Below are positions 39,522 through 49,598 of a stretch of 64,000 nucleotides of DNA, piece by piece. Location of the stretch: the NCBI GenBank assembly GCA_041483895.1, contig JBGPGO010000009.1, forward strand, positions 96,001-160,000. The letters run 5' to 3'. Under the pieces are notes generated by a model. That model did no database searches. It had not been told where the DNA came from and saw only the letters and a program-made list of their open reading frames with translations. Every line of letters begins with the position of its first letter. The first letter of the stretch is position 1. This stretch comes from Fimbriimonadia bacterium (lineage in GTDB: Bacteria; Armatimonadota; Fimbriimonadia; Fimbriimonadales; JABRVX01). The position numbers and the translations under genes are program-made.

Positions 39522-41171
39522 GTGGATATCTTCTCCAACCTCACGTACTTTGACGGCCGTCGCTTTGTTCCGGGCGAGATCGCGGTTTCTGACGGTCAGA
39601 TTGTGGAGGTTTCCGAGCACGTTTCCCGTGCGGGAAAGCGGCTGGATTTGGGCGCCGCTTACCTCAGTCCGGCGTATAACGACTGCCATTGCCACACCAC
39701 AATGCTGGCCGAAAGCTTTACTCAAATCGATGTCGGCGCGCGCGCATGTCCCTCGATTGCTGATGTCTTGGCGGCGCTGCGAAATGTCGATCCGGCTCGG
39801 CCCTGGGTGATCGGCAACGGGTTTAGCCAGGGATTGGTGGCGGAGCGGCGGTACCCGACGTTGGCGGAGCTGGATTCGGTTGCGCCCGAGCGCCCTCTGT
39901 ACATTTGGGACGCCAGCAGGCATGGCATGACAGCCAACAGCAAAGCGCTGCAGATTGCGGAGATTGGAGAGAAAACGAACGACCCAACTGCCGGCAAAAT
40001 TGGTCGAGACGAATCCGGCAAACCAAATGGGCAGCTCTTTGAAAGTGCCATGGGGTTGGTTCGTCGGAAGGCGCCAAAAATCACTCAAACCGAGCTGGCC
40101 GATGCTCTGCCGGAAGCGGCGCGGCATTTGCACCGGATGGGGATTACGGCGGCAACCGACCTATCTTCATTCCGATTTGGGGTCGAGGTCGAGATGGGGG
40201 CCTACGAGAAGGCAGTGGAGCGAGGAATGAAGCTGCGGGTCCGGTTGACGCCGCTTTTCGAGCTGCTAACGGCGATTCCGGACTGGGAAACGTGGGACCC
40301 GTGGCGCGGGCATCCGCTCTTGTCATTGGGCGGCGTGAAGCTGTTTGCCGATGGGGCGATCGGGACACGAACCGCGTTCATTTCCGGGGAGTACTCCAGC
40401 GGCGGATCGGGCTTTCCGATCTACAGTCAGGACGAGCTGAATGAGAAGGTGATGACGATCCATCGGTCGGGCAGGCAGTGCATCATCCATGCGATCGGAG
40501 ATCAGGCCGCCCGCATGGCGCTGGATGCGTATGAAAGCGCGTTGCAAGAAGACCCCCACCCTAACCCTCCCCCGCAAGCGGGGGAGGGGGTCTTAGCTGG
40601 CCCGCAAGCGGGGGAGGGGGAAAAGAATGATGCGACCGGTCTCCCGACCGAGTCGCAACCGAGGAGCCCTCGTCATCGCATCGAACATTCCATGCTGCTC
40701 GACCCGGCGCTCATATTGCGATATTCGGAATTGGGGATCTGCGCGGGGGTGCAGCCGGAGTTCCTTCTTCGGTTCGGGGATGACTATTTTGCGGCGTTAG
40801 GAGACAGAGCGGCGACGATCAAGCCGTTGCGCTCCCTCCTGCGGGCCGGGGTTCCGTTGGGGTTCAGCTCGGACCTTCCCATCGTGCCCGGCGACCCAGG
40901 GGACGGGATGGTGGCGGCGGTCCAACGAGAATCCGGCAGCGGGCGGCAGTTCGATTTGGCGGAGCGGATCACGGCGGGAGAGGCGTTGGCAGCCTACACA
41001 TCCGGTTCGGCCTATCTCAATTTTCAGGAAAATCTGTTGGGTTCGATTCGGCCTGGATGCCGGGCGGATTTTATCGTCTTTCGCGACGATCCGTTGGAAC
41101 AGATTTCAGAAGGCCAGCATCCCGACATCTTTGCGACCTTTTTTGAAGGGGAATCGGTTTGGGAGAAGTGA
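39522..41171 (+). CDS. Amidohydrolase family 3 (YtcJ-like), carrying an in-frame repeat insertion
   Basis: DCHCH, KLFADGAIG.RTA, HAIGD, RHRIEH, SSDLP and GSIRPGCRADF motifs. Confidence 0.92.
   Translation: MDIFSNLTYFDGRRFVPGEIAVSDGQIVEVSEHVSRAGKRLDLGAAYLSPAYNDCHCHTTMLAESFTQIDVGARACPSIADVLAALRNVDPARPWVIGNGFSQGLVAERRYPTLAELDSVAPERPLYIWDASRHGMTANSKALQIAEIGEKTNDPTAGKIGRDESGKPNGQLFESAMGLVRRKAPKITQTELADALPEAARHLHRMGITAATDLSSFRFGVEVEMGAYEKAVERGMKLRVRLTPLFELLTAIPDWETWDPWRGHPLLSLGGVKLFADGAIGTRTAFISGEYSSGGSGFPIYSQDELNEKVMTIHRSGRQCIIHAIGDQAARMALDAYESALQEDPHPNPPPQAGEGVLAGPQAGEGEKNDATGLPTESQPRSPRHRIEHSMLLDPALILRYSELGICAGVQPEFLLRFGDDYFAALGDRAATIKPLRSLLRAGVPLGFSSDLPIVPGDPGDGMVAAVQRESGSGRQFDLAERITAGEALAAYTSGSAYLNFQENLLGSIRPGCRADFIVFRDDPLEQISEGQHPDIFATFFEGESVWEK
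40553..40658. repeat. Composite palindromic repeat inserted in frame in a CDS
   Basis: CCCCCACCCTAACCCTCCCCCGCAAGCGGGGGAGGGGG, a 20-bp duplication, then TGATGCGACCGGTCTCCCGACCGAGTCGCAA (reverse complement of 8489-8519). Confidence 0.9.
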
Positions 41172-41190
41172 TTTCGCGGAAGTGCAAGAC

Positions 41191-41298
41191 CTACTTTTTC
41201 TTCCCGGCCTTCTTCTCCTTATCCTGCTTAATGTATTCTTTTGCCTTCTCGCCGAGCCGCTGACGCTTGACGCGAAGTTCCTTGTTTCGTACTCGCAT
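41191..41298 (-). CDS. 35-aa basic small protein MRVRNKELRVKRQRLGEKAKEYIKQDKEKKAGKKK
   Basis: AGGAGG RBS and upstream TATAAT (41325-41330); fills the intergenic gap; too short for the ORF track. Confidence 0.7.
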   Translation of the reverse strand: MRVRNKELRVKRQRLGEKAKEYIKQDKEKKAGKKK

Positions 41299-41325
41299 GG
41301 TTTGTCCGACCTCCTGGAGCGGTCA

Positions 41326-42306
41326 TTATACCGAGAAATGATGGGACCGGGCCAGGTCCACCAATTCTTGCGGTGTGGGCACGGCGACGCCGACGTGGCG
41401 AACCACGCAGCCGGCCGCCAAATTGGCAATGCGCGCGGCGACGGTCATGTCGATGCCCGCTCCCAACGCCAGCGCGATCGTGGCTATGACCGTGTCGCCC
41501 GCGCCGGCGGTGTCGTACACCTCGACCCGCAATGCCCGGATTGGGGTCATCCGCTCTCCCAACAGGACCATGCCGTCTTCGCCCAGCGTGACGAGACCGT
41601 TTTCGATGCCGCACTCCCAAAGTTTGGACTGGGTGGCGTGGGACAGCTCTTCGTTCGTTGGCTCTTCGAGGCCGACAAACCCCTCGGCTTCATGGCGATT
41701 GATGGACACGAGATCCGTCCCCGCATACCAAGAAATCGTCGCCGGTTTTGGATTGGCCACGCACGGCTTACGCATCTCTTTTGCAACGGCTATCAGTGTG
41801 CGCACCCGTTCTTCGTTGAGACATCCCTTGCGATAATCCGAAAGCACCAATGCGTCTGAATTCTTCAAAGCTGCGATGGCGGATTCAGTTACGTGATTCG
41901 AGGTTTCCGCCGATAACGGTCCTCGCTCTTCCCGATCCAATCGCAGCACCTGCTGGTGCTGCGCTATGATTCTTGTCTTGCGAGTAGTCTGCCGTGTGGC
42001 GTCGCGCACGATGTGATCTGTTTCGACGCATAGATCTTGCAGACATTGCTGAAGGGCCGCGCCGGCATCATCTTCTCCGATCACGCCGACAAGGTTGGCC
42101 TTGCCGCCGATCGAGACAATGTTGTGCGCGACGTTGGCGGCTCCGCCAGGGACGCGGGAGTCGCGCTGGGCATCTAGCACCATCACGGGGGCTTCCGGGC
42201 TGATCCGTGCGGCTTTTCCCCACACATAGTCATCCAGCATCAGATCGCCCACGACGGTGACGACCTTATTCTTGAACGAAGACAGGTATTGCTCGAGTTG
42301 GCTCAT
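41326..42306 (-). CDS. rfaE1: D-glycero-beta-D-manno-heptose-7-phosphate kinase (RfaE domain I/HldA, PfkB family)
   Basis: GDLMLDDY..G...RISPEAPV, GGAANVA, LSDYRKG and DTAGAGDT motifs. Confidence 0.9.
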   Translation of the reverse strand: MSQLEQYLSSFKNKVVTVVGDLMLDDYVWGKAARISPEAPVMVLDAQRDSRVPGGAANVAHNIVSIGGKANLVGVIGEDDAGAALQQCLQDLCVETDHIVRDATRQTTRKTRIIAQHQQVLRLDREERGPLSAETSNHVTESAIAALKNSDALVLSDYRKGCLNEERVRTLIAVAKEMRKPCVANPKPATISWYAGTDLVSINRHEAEGFVGLEEPTNEELSHATQSKLWECGIENGLVTLGEDGMVLLGERMTPIRALRVEVYDTAGAGDTVIATIALALGAGIDMTVAARIANLAAGCVVRHVGVAVPTPQELVDLARSHHFSV

Positions 42307-42321
42307 GGGACCGAAGAGGGA

Positions 42322-42861
42322 TTATACACGCAGGTCGGCAAATGAGATCGGCGGGAGCGGGTCGCGAGAGTGCTCCCCCAGGGTGAGGCGCCAAAATCCA
42401 ACGTCGTGCCAGGCGCCGAATTTGTAGCCGATCTTCTGAAAAACGCCGATCGGTTGGAAGCCCATGGATTCGTGGAGTCGGACGCTCGCGTCGTTGGGCA
42501 GCGTGATTCCGGCAATGACGTTGATGAATCTTTGGCGCTGAAGGATCTCAAAGAGCGCAACGTAGAGCGCGCGGCCAACTCCCTTTCCGCGTGCTTCGGC
42601 GGCGACGTAAACGGAGACTTCGACGGACCATTGATAGGCGGGACGATCTCGGAATTGGCGCGCATAGGCATAGCCGACGACAATGCCATCCAATTCGCAA
42701 ACCAGCCAGGGGAACATCGGAAAAGATTTGGTGATGCGCGCGAGCATCTCTTGTTCGTTTGGCGGTTCCAACTCGAATGATATGGCCGTTTCGCGGACAA
42801 TGGGGGAATAGATCGCGGCGCAGGTTGCCGCATCTTTCTGACAAGCGGTTCGGATGATCAT
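42322..42861 (-). CDS. GNAT N-acetyltransferase (phosphinothricin/arsinothricin acetyltransferase family)
   Basis: ETAISFELEPP, GYAYA..FRDRPAYQWSVEVSVYV, LPNDASVRLHE and GYKFGAWHDVG motifs. Confidence 0.92.
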   Translation of the reverse strand: MIIRTACQKDAATCAAIYSPIVRETAISFELEPPNEQEMLARITKSFPMFPWLVCELDGIVVGYAYARQFRDRPAYQWSVEVSVYVAAEARGKGVGRALYVALFEILQRQRFINVIAGITLPNDASVRLHESMGFQPIGVFQKIGYKFGAWHDVGFWRLTLGEHSRDPLPPISFADLRV

Positions 42862-42862
42862 A

Positions 42863-44104
42863 TCAGTGTCCAGGAACGATATCTCCCGTTGCGTTGGGTG
42901 AGATGAATGCGTACCGATAGTGGACCGGTTGGCCTCCTTGGTCAATGGCATCGGGTCCGATGCTGTATAGAACGTAGGAACGGCCCTTGCGCGAATAGGA
43001 ATATGGTTTGTGGTCAGTAAATGGATCGTTGAGAACTGATTTGATACCGACGGCTTGCAACTGTGACAGGCTTGCAGGGTATTTGCCTTCGCGTTCATGA
43101 TAGGCGCGCAAGGCAACCGATAGCAGCAACAAATCATTGTTTGCCTGGCGCGCACAATATTGAAGTCGTTCTAAACGATTCATATTTACGACATTATCCG
43201 GCGACCACCAATCCGGGTCTCGCTTCGTTAGCGAGGTTTGCTTGTGCTACGGCCCGTTCGCTTCCGCAATGGAGCGATCGTAGCCCTCCGTGCACTCCGC
43301 GAAAATGCGGCGTTTGCCGGCGATAATTGTCTTGAATTTCCGAATGCGAAAGTCGAGGTCGACTCGACCGATTTTTGACATGACATCTTCGATCATCAGT
43401 TTCCCCGCCCAGTCGCGATCTCTGAACATTTCCAGCAGTTCCCATTGACGAGACGCCTTGTCTTCCTGAAGAAGATCCGCGAAGGTTGCATGCTTTGCCA
43501 ATATGTCTTGCAACCTCTCAACTACTGATATCGCGCTGTTTGCGGTCATCTTCGCGATTAATCCGGCAATCAGCTTCCGATAATCTTGTTGCATGATCTC
43601 GGCGGCCATATAACTTCCGAAGTCGGCGCCCCGCGTACTCATAACCGCAATCTCGAACGCATCCAAGTAACAGTTTGCGGCCACCTGCGTGTCTCCCTTT
43701 CGCAGGAACAGGTTTGCCTCGATTCGGAATAGATAGCCGATACTTTGGTAGTAGTATGCGCTCCAGTTCCGTTGGTCTGCTTTGCGAATTGGAGGTTCAC
43801 GGTATTCGTACGACAATCCTTCCCGCGCCCACTGGATTGCGCGCGCATGGTCATCTAGTATCTGCCTAGACCTGGCCGCCGGATAGCGGTTGCCTGCTGT
43901 CACCGCAGTCCGGATTTGTTCGTCAGATTCCGTATCGTGCCCGGCCCAGGCAAAATAGTCGTACGCGTTCGGTTCCGGCATGGATGGGGTGGGGAGAACA
44001 AAGTCCGGATTGCTGTTTCCGGAGAGCCAGAGGATCGCGCTCGACGCGATGGTTAGGAAGGCGATGACGGCAAACCCGATCACGATCTTTTTCCAACGTT
44101 TCAT
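42863..44104 (-). pseudogene. Membrane-anchored hypothetical protein with GspG-like C-terminus, interrupted by one in-frame TAG (43247-43249)
   Basis: ORFs 43247..44104 and 42863..43183 share a frame (..NGP*HKQTS..); C-terminal ALRAY...GKYPASL..DPF..YVLYSIGPD..DQGG. Confidence 0.7.
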
Positions 44105-45564
44105 GGCCCTTTTGCGACCCGAAAAACGAATCGAACCTCTTTGACATACGGTTTTGGACTCTGGTCCTTTACTTCCATTGTGATTGGAAAATCGCCCAGT
44201 TCTGTTGGCGATCCGGTGATCGCTCCTGTAATGGATGAAATTCCGACGCCTTTTGGCAATGCGCCTTCTTTGATGCGCCAAAAATAGGCTGGTATTCCTC
44301 CGTATGCTTGCGGAACGATCTGCACCGGCGCACCCAGTTTCGCAGCTACCGATTCGGGCAACGCCGCGACCAACGGATCGAAGCATGAGACGCTGCGTAT
44401 CTTGTACCCATTGGCTTTGAGGCAGAGAAGATGCAACTTTGTGATCAGCCATCTCCGGGTCTTCATTTCACCGTGATATTCCAATCCAAAGCCGCCCATC
44501 TTGCTGGCTGGATCGGTCGCGCCAATCAGGTGGTCGCTGGCATCGTAGCCCGGGTCGAAGCCGAGATAGTCGCGCACTTCCACGGCGGAATATTTCTTCG
44601 TGGTTTTTGCCGTGCGGCTGATCGGATAGGCCTCGAAAAAGCAGAGGGCATGTCCCATTTCGTGAACAGCGATGGAATAGAAATCTGCCGGTTCGTTGCG
44701 CTGGCTGCCGCTCACCCACCAGTCGTCGTCGCCGCGCGAATAGAACCAGCCGAGCTCGTGGTAGTTCCCGGCCGTATCAAAGTGCACGACCCCGGACCGC
44801 TTGAGTGGCAGTTCTTTGCCGCCGGAATGCTGCTGGCCACCGGACCAGGACGATGCACCGCCCGATCGGAGCTCGGTTCCATGAATTCCGACGATGTACA
44901 TCAGATAACCCGTGTATGAAGTCTTGTTCTTTACGAGGCGGCTTGCGACAAATCCATCCTTGTTCCACACTTCCGTTTGCTCTGAAGCCGCTTTAACTTC
45001 GTCCAGATTCATATCATCAATAAAGTAGCTCCAATCGGCTGCCGCCTGCCCCACCACTCGCCGCACGTCATCGGATAGTGTGAAGTCTGTGGTGTCTTGT
45101 GAATAATCTAACTTAATATATGATACACGCGATTCGTCCTTGTCTTGGTCGATGACATGTATGGGAACATAGCTGCGCACCTTTTCCGCATTCGACGCAT
45201 CGAATACTTGCAGTACCAGCTTGTGATCTTCGTCCTTGCCATCCCGATCAGGAAAGATGGCGATCCAGACCGGTGTGGTGGATTTTGGCTCACTCGCAAG
45301 GTATATGTCTTTGCCGACGCCATATCGATCCGATCCGTCCGATCGATTAAAGTAGATGCGCGAACAGGTTGAATGGAGGTAAATGTGAACCGGATAGGTG
45401 ACCGTTTTTGGCGGCTCGATCTTGATCTGGATCGCCGGATTTCCGATCTCCCCTTCCCAATCCAGCAGGGTGATGCCGGATTCGTTGATGGGGCGGTCGA
45501 ACGCATCCCGCACCGTGAGCGGTAAGCCGATTTGCGCGAAGGCGATTGCGATCAGGACTAGCAT
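44101..45564 (-). CDS. Secreted zincin-like protein with C-terminal putative Ig domain
   Basis: AVHEMGHALCF; GGIPAYFW....GALPKGV.I...TGAITGSPT..G.F. Confidence 0.75.
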   Translation of the reverse strand: MLVLIAIAFAQIGLPLTVRDAFDRPINESGITLLDWEGEIGNPAIQIKIEPPKTVTYPVHIYLHSTCSRIYFNRSDGSDRYGVGKDIYLASEPKSTTPVWIAIFPDRDGKDEDHKLVLQVFDASNAEKVRSYVPIHVIDQDKDESRVSYIKLDYSQDTTDFTLSDDVRRVVGQAAADWSYFIDDMNLDEVKAASEQTEVWNKDGFVASRLVKNKTSYTGYLMYIVGIHGTELRSGGASSWSGGQQHSGGKELPLKRSGVVHFDTAGNYHELGWFYSRGDDDWWVSGSQRNEPADFYSIAVHEMGHALCFFEAYPISRTAKTTKKYSAVEVRDYLGFDPGYDASDHLIGATDPASKMGGFGLEYHGEMKTRRWLITKLHLLCLKANGYKIRSVSCFDPLVAALPESVAAKLGAPVQIVPQAYGGIPAYFWRIKEGALPKGVGISSITGAITGSPTELGDFPITMEVKDQSPKPYVKEVRFVFRVAKGP

Positions 45565-45583
45565 GGCAAGAGATTACCCGCAG

Positions 45584-46363
45584 TCATTGATTTGGTTTCC
45601 ATGTCCGCACGTTTAGGTCCGCAGGCAGGGTCCAATGAACATGGCCGTCTGCGCGCGCGATGACAAGTCCCTCCTTGTGCCGCGCAACTGCCAGGCTGTC
45701 ATTGCCAAACAGATTCCAGCCGGGGATGGAGTCAAACAAGAGAACGACTTCACCGGGTGATTCGAGGCGATTCAACGGCATCGAACTGAGATATCCATTC
45801 ATCGCATAGCTGCTTTCATGGGCCCCCAAGTGGATGCAATGGAGAGAGTCGAGACTCATTAAATATGGCCCCGCGGCGTCGCACCAGGCGGCCCCCGGCG
45901 GCAAAGTTCCTTCATTGTCGGACGAATACATCAGGAACGCGCGTGCCACCTGCCTTTGATTGGTGATGCACGTTTCCAGCAAAGTTTCTTCCTGGTTCGA
46001 CACGAAAAGCGATCGCGTCAGATAGAAGAGATAGGGTCCGGTCAGGATCGCCCCGCTGGAGGCGATAATCGCGCTGATCGCCACCCCCTCCCCGCGCAGA
46101 TCGCCCCAACTTGTTTGGATCAACCGAAGGGCCCGGATTCCAAGGACCAACCCTACGATCCCCGAGACACCATATGACAAATAACCCGCAAATCCAAACG
46201 CCAGCGCCACCACCGCCAGGCGGCACAATCGCGAGGGCCGAAACGCGATGAGGGGCGGGATCTCCGGCATGTCCCATATTCTGACACCTTCGCCCGAAGG
46301 AATCTGCTTGCCACGGTCGAACCCAGCCACATGTCGAAGCAGGCATTGTTGCTCGAATGTCAC
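45584..46363 (-). CDS. DUF4190 plus H-X9-DG domain membrane protein (start uncertain)
   Basis: GIVGLVLGIRAL..I......GEGVAISAI; CITNQRQV..AFLMY..D; SYAMN; RHKEGLVIARADGHV. Confidence 0.75.
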   Translation of the reverse strand: MTFEQQCLLRHVAGFDRGKQIPSGEGVRIWDMPEIPPLIAFRPSRLCRLAVVALAFGFAGYLSYGVSGIVGLVLGIRALRLIQTSWGDLRGEGVAISAIIASSGAILTGPYLFYLTRSLFVSNQEETLLETCITNQRQVARAFLMYSSDNEGTLPPGAAWCDAAGPYLMSLDSLHCIHLGAHESSYAMNGYLSSMPLNRLESPGEVVLLFDSIPGWNLFGNDSLAVARHKEGLVIARADGHVHWTLPADLNVRTWKPNQ

Positions 46364-46401
46364 ACGGTTCTGTCTTCCGCTCGTGCTGCGTCGTCCTTCA
46401 A

Positions 46402-46548
46402 GTTGTGGTGGCGCTCGCGCTGTATCCGGATCGACAGGAGTTCCGCCGCCAGTACCCTGATATCGACGATGAGGACGTCCGTCAGGCCCTAGCGTACGCT
46501 GCGGCGAATCTTTACGATGCGTCGTTCGACCAGCCGGCTGTAAATTGA
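46402..46548 (+). pseudogene. 5'-truncated DUF433-family antitoxin remnant
   Basis: ALALYPDRQEFRRQYPDIDDEDVRQALAYAA matches the DUF433 C-terminal half; no N-terminal G.P.I.G.R segment and no toxin partner. Confidence 0.6.
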
Positions 46549-46617
46549 GGCTGCTCCTCGATCAAGGCTTGCCGTTGCCATAATCAGCAGGTCTGATCGC
46601 TTCGGAACGCGAACTCT

Positions 46618-48222
46618 TTGACTGTGGAAATACTCGAGTCTCGATTGGATGTCGGCGCGGCCCAGTTCGAAGCGAATCGCGGGGCGTATGAGGCAGTTCT
46701 GAGAGAATTCCGCGCCAAGTTGGAACAGGCGAAGCAGGGCGGGGGGGCGGAGTTGCAAGCCAAGCACAGGTCGCGCGGAAAAATGCTCGCCCGCGAAAGG
46801 ATTGATGCACTCATCGACCCCGGCGCGCCATTCCTCGAATTCAGCTCCCTCGCCGCGAACGGCATGTATGATGACGAGGCCCCCTGCGCCGGCATCGTGA
46901 CCGGAATCGGGCCGATCCACAGCAAGGAGTGCCTGATCGTCGCCAATGATGCCACCGTAAAGGGCGGCACCTACTTCCCGATTACAGTCAAGAAGCACCT
47001 GCGCGCCCAGGAAATCGCCTTGGAAAATCGTCTGCCGTGCATCTATTTGGTGGACAGCGGCGGTGCGTTCCTGCCACTGCAGGCCGAGGTGTTTCCGGAT
47101 CGGGACCATTTCGGCCGGATATTCTACAACCAGGCACGTATGTCGGCGGAGCGCATTCCACAGATCGCCGCGGTCATGGGCTCTTGCACGGCCGGCGGCG
47201 CCTACGTCCCCGCAATGTCCGACCACGCTGTTATCGTCAAAGGGACTGGCACCATCTTCCTCGGCGGCCCGCCTTTGGTAAAGGCGGCGACCGGTGAGGT
47301 GGTCAGCATCGAGGACCTTGGCGGGGCGGACGTTCACACGCGGCTGTCCGGCGTGGCCGACTATATGGCGGATAACGATGGTCACGCTTTGGAATTGTGC
47401 AGGTCTATCGTTGAAAACTTAAACATAACTAAGACGATCTCGGCTGATGTTCGCTCGCCGGAAGACTCGATTTACGACCCGCGAGAACTGTACGGAATCG
47501 TCCCCGCCGACCCGAAGCAGCCGTTCGACATCCGGGAGATCATCTCGCGAATCGTTGACGGCAGCCGATTCCACGAATTCAAACCGAGATATGGCCAGAC
47601 GCTCGTTACCGGCTTCGCCCGCATCCATGGCTACCCGGTGGGCATTCTCGCCAACAACGGCATTCTTTTTTCCGAGAGCGCGCTGAAAGGGACCCACTTC
47701 ATTGAGCTATGTTGCCAGCGGCGCATCCCCATCATATTTCTGCAAAACATCACGGGCTTCATGGTGGGGCGCAAGTACGAGAACGAGGGGATCGCAAAGG
47801 ACGGGGCCAAGATGGTGATGGCGGTCGCCTGCGCCAATGTCCCGAAGTTCACCGTCGTGGTTGGCGGCTCGTTCGGGGCGGGGAACTATGCGATGTGTGG
47901 CCGCGCATACGGTCCGCGGCAGCTATGGATGTGGCCGAACGCCCGAATTTCCGTTATGGGTGGGGAGCAGGCGGCAAATGTGCTCCTCACCGTCAAACTC
48001 GATCAAAAGGGTGAACCGATGAGCGCTGAGGAGCAAGAGCAGTTTAAACGGCCCACACTCGAGAAGTATCAGGAGGAGGGCAGCGCATACTATTCCACGG
48101 CCCGGCTCTGGGACGACGGCATCATCGATCCGGTGGATACGCGCATGGTGTTGGCGCTTGGAATCTCCGCTGCCTACAACGCAACCATTTGTGAAACCGA
48201 TTTTGGAGTGTTTCGGATGTGA
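46618..48222 (+). CDS. mccB: Methylcrotonyl-CoA carboxylase beta (carboxyltransferase) subunit
   Basis: [50 protein letters not shown] and terminal FGVFRM. Confidence 0.93.
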   Translation: MTVEILESRLDVGAAQFEANRGAYEAVLREFRAKLEQAKQGGGAELQAKHRSRGKMLARERIDALIDPGAPFLEFSSLAANGMYDDEAPCAGIVTGIGPIHSKECLIVANDATVKGGTYFPITVKKHLRAQEIALENRLPCIYLVDSGGAFLPLQAEVFPDRDHFGRIFYNQARMSAERIPQIAAVMGSCTAGGAYVPAMSDHAVIVKGTGTIFLGGPPLVKAATGEVVSIEDLGGADVHTRLSGVADYMADNDGHALELCRSIVENLNITKTISADVRSPEDSIYDPRELYGIVPADPKQPFDIREIISRIVDGSRFHEFKPRYGQTLVTGFARIHGYPVGILANNGILFSESALKGTHFIELCCQRRIPIIFLQNITGFMVGRKYENEGIAKDGAKMVMAVACANVPKFTVVVGGSFGAGNYAMCGRAYGPRQLWMWPNARISVMGGEQAANVLLTVKLDQKGEPMSAEEQEQFKRPTLEKYQEEGSAYYSTARLWDDGIIDPVDTRMVLALGISAAYNATICETDFGVFRM

Positions 48223-48716
48223 AGAACCTGTATCTGATCGTGGTAGTGACCGCGGTTTTGTTCGGTTGTCATACGCCAAAGAAGGCCAGCACAGTCACCT
48301 TTCATGGCTATTCTCTAAACATTCCAGGGGGTGTACAGCACGAATACGATGGGAAAGATACACTCATGATCTTCCCTGAAGACGATCGTTGGAGAATTGA
48401 CTTTTCCCCCATCGCCGAAGACGTTCTCAGGACGGAGGCGGAGCGCCACCGGTCGGCCGAAGTGGCCATGAGACTCGATAAAGGGGCCGTCTCTATGACG
48501 GTCCCGCCGGAGGTCCGAAAGCAAGGCCAGTATTATGAGGTTTACTATCAGTGCAAAACCGTCGAACAAGGAATTCCTGTAACTATGGAGGAGCATATTT
48601 TCGCCCACGAAACTAGTGGCGTGATTTCGGTGTCATTGAGAAGCCGAGCCACGGACGATGATAGGCGGATCATCGATTCAATTCTCGCAAGCATGCGATA
48701 TCAGCCCAGCCAGTGA
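48219..48716 (+). CDS. Hypothetical lipoprotein
   Basis: GTGA overlap with mccB; lipobox LFGC. Confidence 0.7.
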   Translation: MKNLYLIVVVTAVLFGCHTPKKASTVTFHGYSLNIPGGVQHEYDGKDTLMIFPEDDRWRIDFSPIAEDVLRTEAERHRSAEVAMRLDKGAVSMTVPPEVRKQGQYYEVYYQCKTVEQGIPVTMEEHIFAHETSGVISVSLRSRATDDDRRIIDSILASMRYQPSQ

Positions 48717-48740
48717 GTCCGGTTTCTGTATAATTGCCGC

Positions 48741-49418
48741 ATGTGCGCGCGCTACTCGTTATTCCAAGAACGCTTGGCCTTCCCCGGCCTCTTTGAAGGC
48801 GATGGGCCGGACTGGACGCCGAACTACAACATCACTCCCTCAACCTATGTCCCCGTCGTGTTCGAACAGGACGAGGAGAGGACGCTGCATTTAATGGAGT
48901 GGGGCCTTGTGCCGGCGTGGGTAAAGGACTACCAGGGCGTCAAGGCTCGGCCCGTCAATGCCCGATCCGAAACGGCGAGTGAAAAGCCATACTTCCGCAC
49001 CAGTTTCAAAAAGCGCCGTTGTATCCTGCCGATGTCCGGCTTCTTCGAATGGAAGGCCGAATCGGACGGCACCAAGGTATTCAAGCAGCCCTACTATGTT
49101 TCCCGCACCGATGGCGGCATCCTGGCGGCGGCGGGACTATGGGACATTTGGGATCGCGGCGAACCGATTCATGAGACATGCACGATCCTGACGACGGATG
49201 CAAATCCGTTCATGGCCAGGCTGCACGATCGCATGCCCTGCTTTTTGGAGCCGGATGATTATGATTCCTGGCTGGACGCGGACCTCCAAGAACCGGCAGC
49301 AATACAGTCGATGCTGAGTCCTCTGCCGGAAGGGGTTCTGCGGGCTTGGCCGGTTACTCGGTCCATGAGCAATCCGCGCTACAAATCTCCCGAATCGATC
49401 GTACCGATTTCTGCGTAG
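48741..49418 (+). CDS. SOS response-associated peptidase (SRAP/YedK, abasic-site crosslinker)
   Basis: N-terminal MCARY, YNITP, WGLVP.W, NARSET, GFFEW and HDRMP motifs. Confidence 0.95.
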   Translation: MCARYSLFQERLAFPGLFEGDGPDWTPNYNITPSTYVPVVFEQDEERTLHLMEWGLVPAWVKDYQGVKARPVNARSETASEKPYFRTSFKKRRCILPMSGFFEWKAESDGTKVFKQPYYVSRTDGGILAAAGLWDIWDRGEPIHETCTILTTDANPFMARLHDRMPCFLEPDDYDSWLDADLQEPAAIQSMLSPLPEGVLRAWPVTRSMSNPRYKSPESIVPISA

Positions 49419-49504
49419 CCTCCCTCCCAGGCTGCATGAGCAGCGACGGGCCAGCAATCCTATCATCCCCATTTCCCGGTAATTACGGATCGGCCGTCTC
49501 CTGT

Positions 49505-49519
49505 TGGCACGCAAATTGC
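49505..49519 (+). promoter_or_regulatory. Sigma54 promoter of PEP-CTERM gene 1
   Basis: TGGCACGCAAATTGC, 94 bp before the ATG. Confidence 0.8.
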
Positions 49520-49598
49520 CGCCCTGCAACCAAGACGCCGTGACGGCCGGCTAGAGCGCGCGGCGATTCAGCACACTCACCAACTGGAGAACAACCAA

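Noticed and set aside
43247..43249. Genome-wide amber recoding or pyrrolysine
   Set aside because: Other TAG codons in the window (rsgA, the second M12 peptidase, SRAP) fall at natural protein ends and no pyl genes are present; kept only as a single-gene anomaly.
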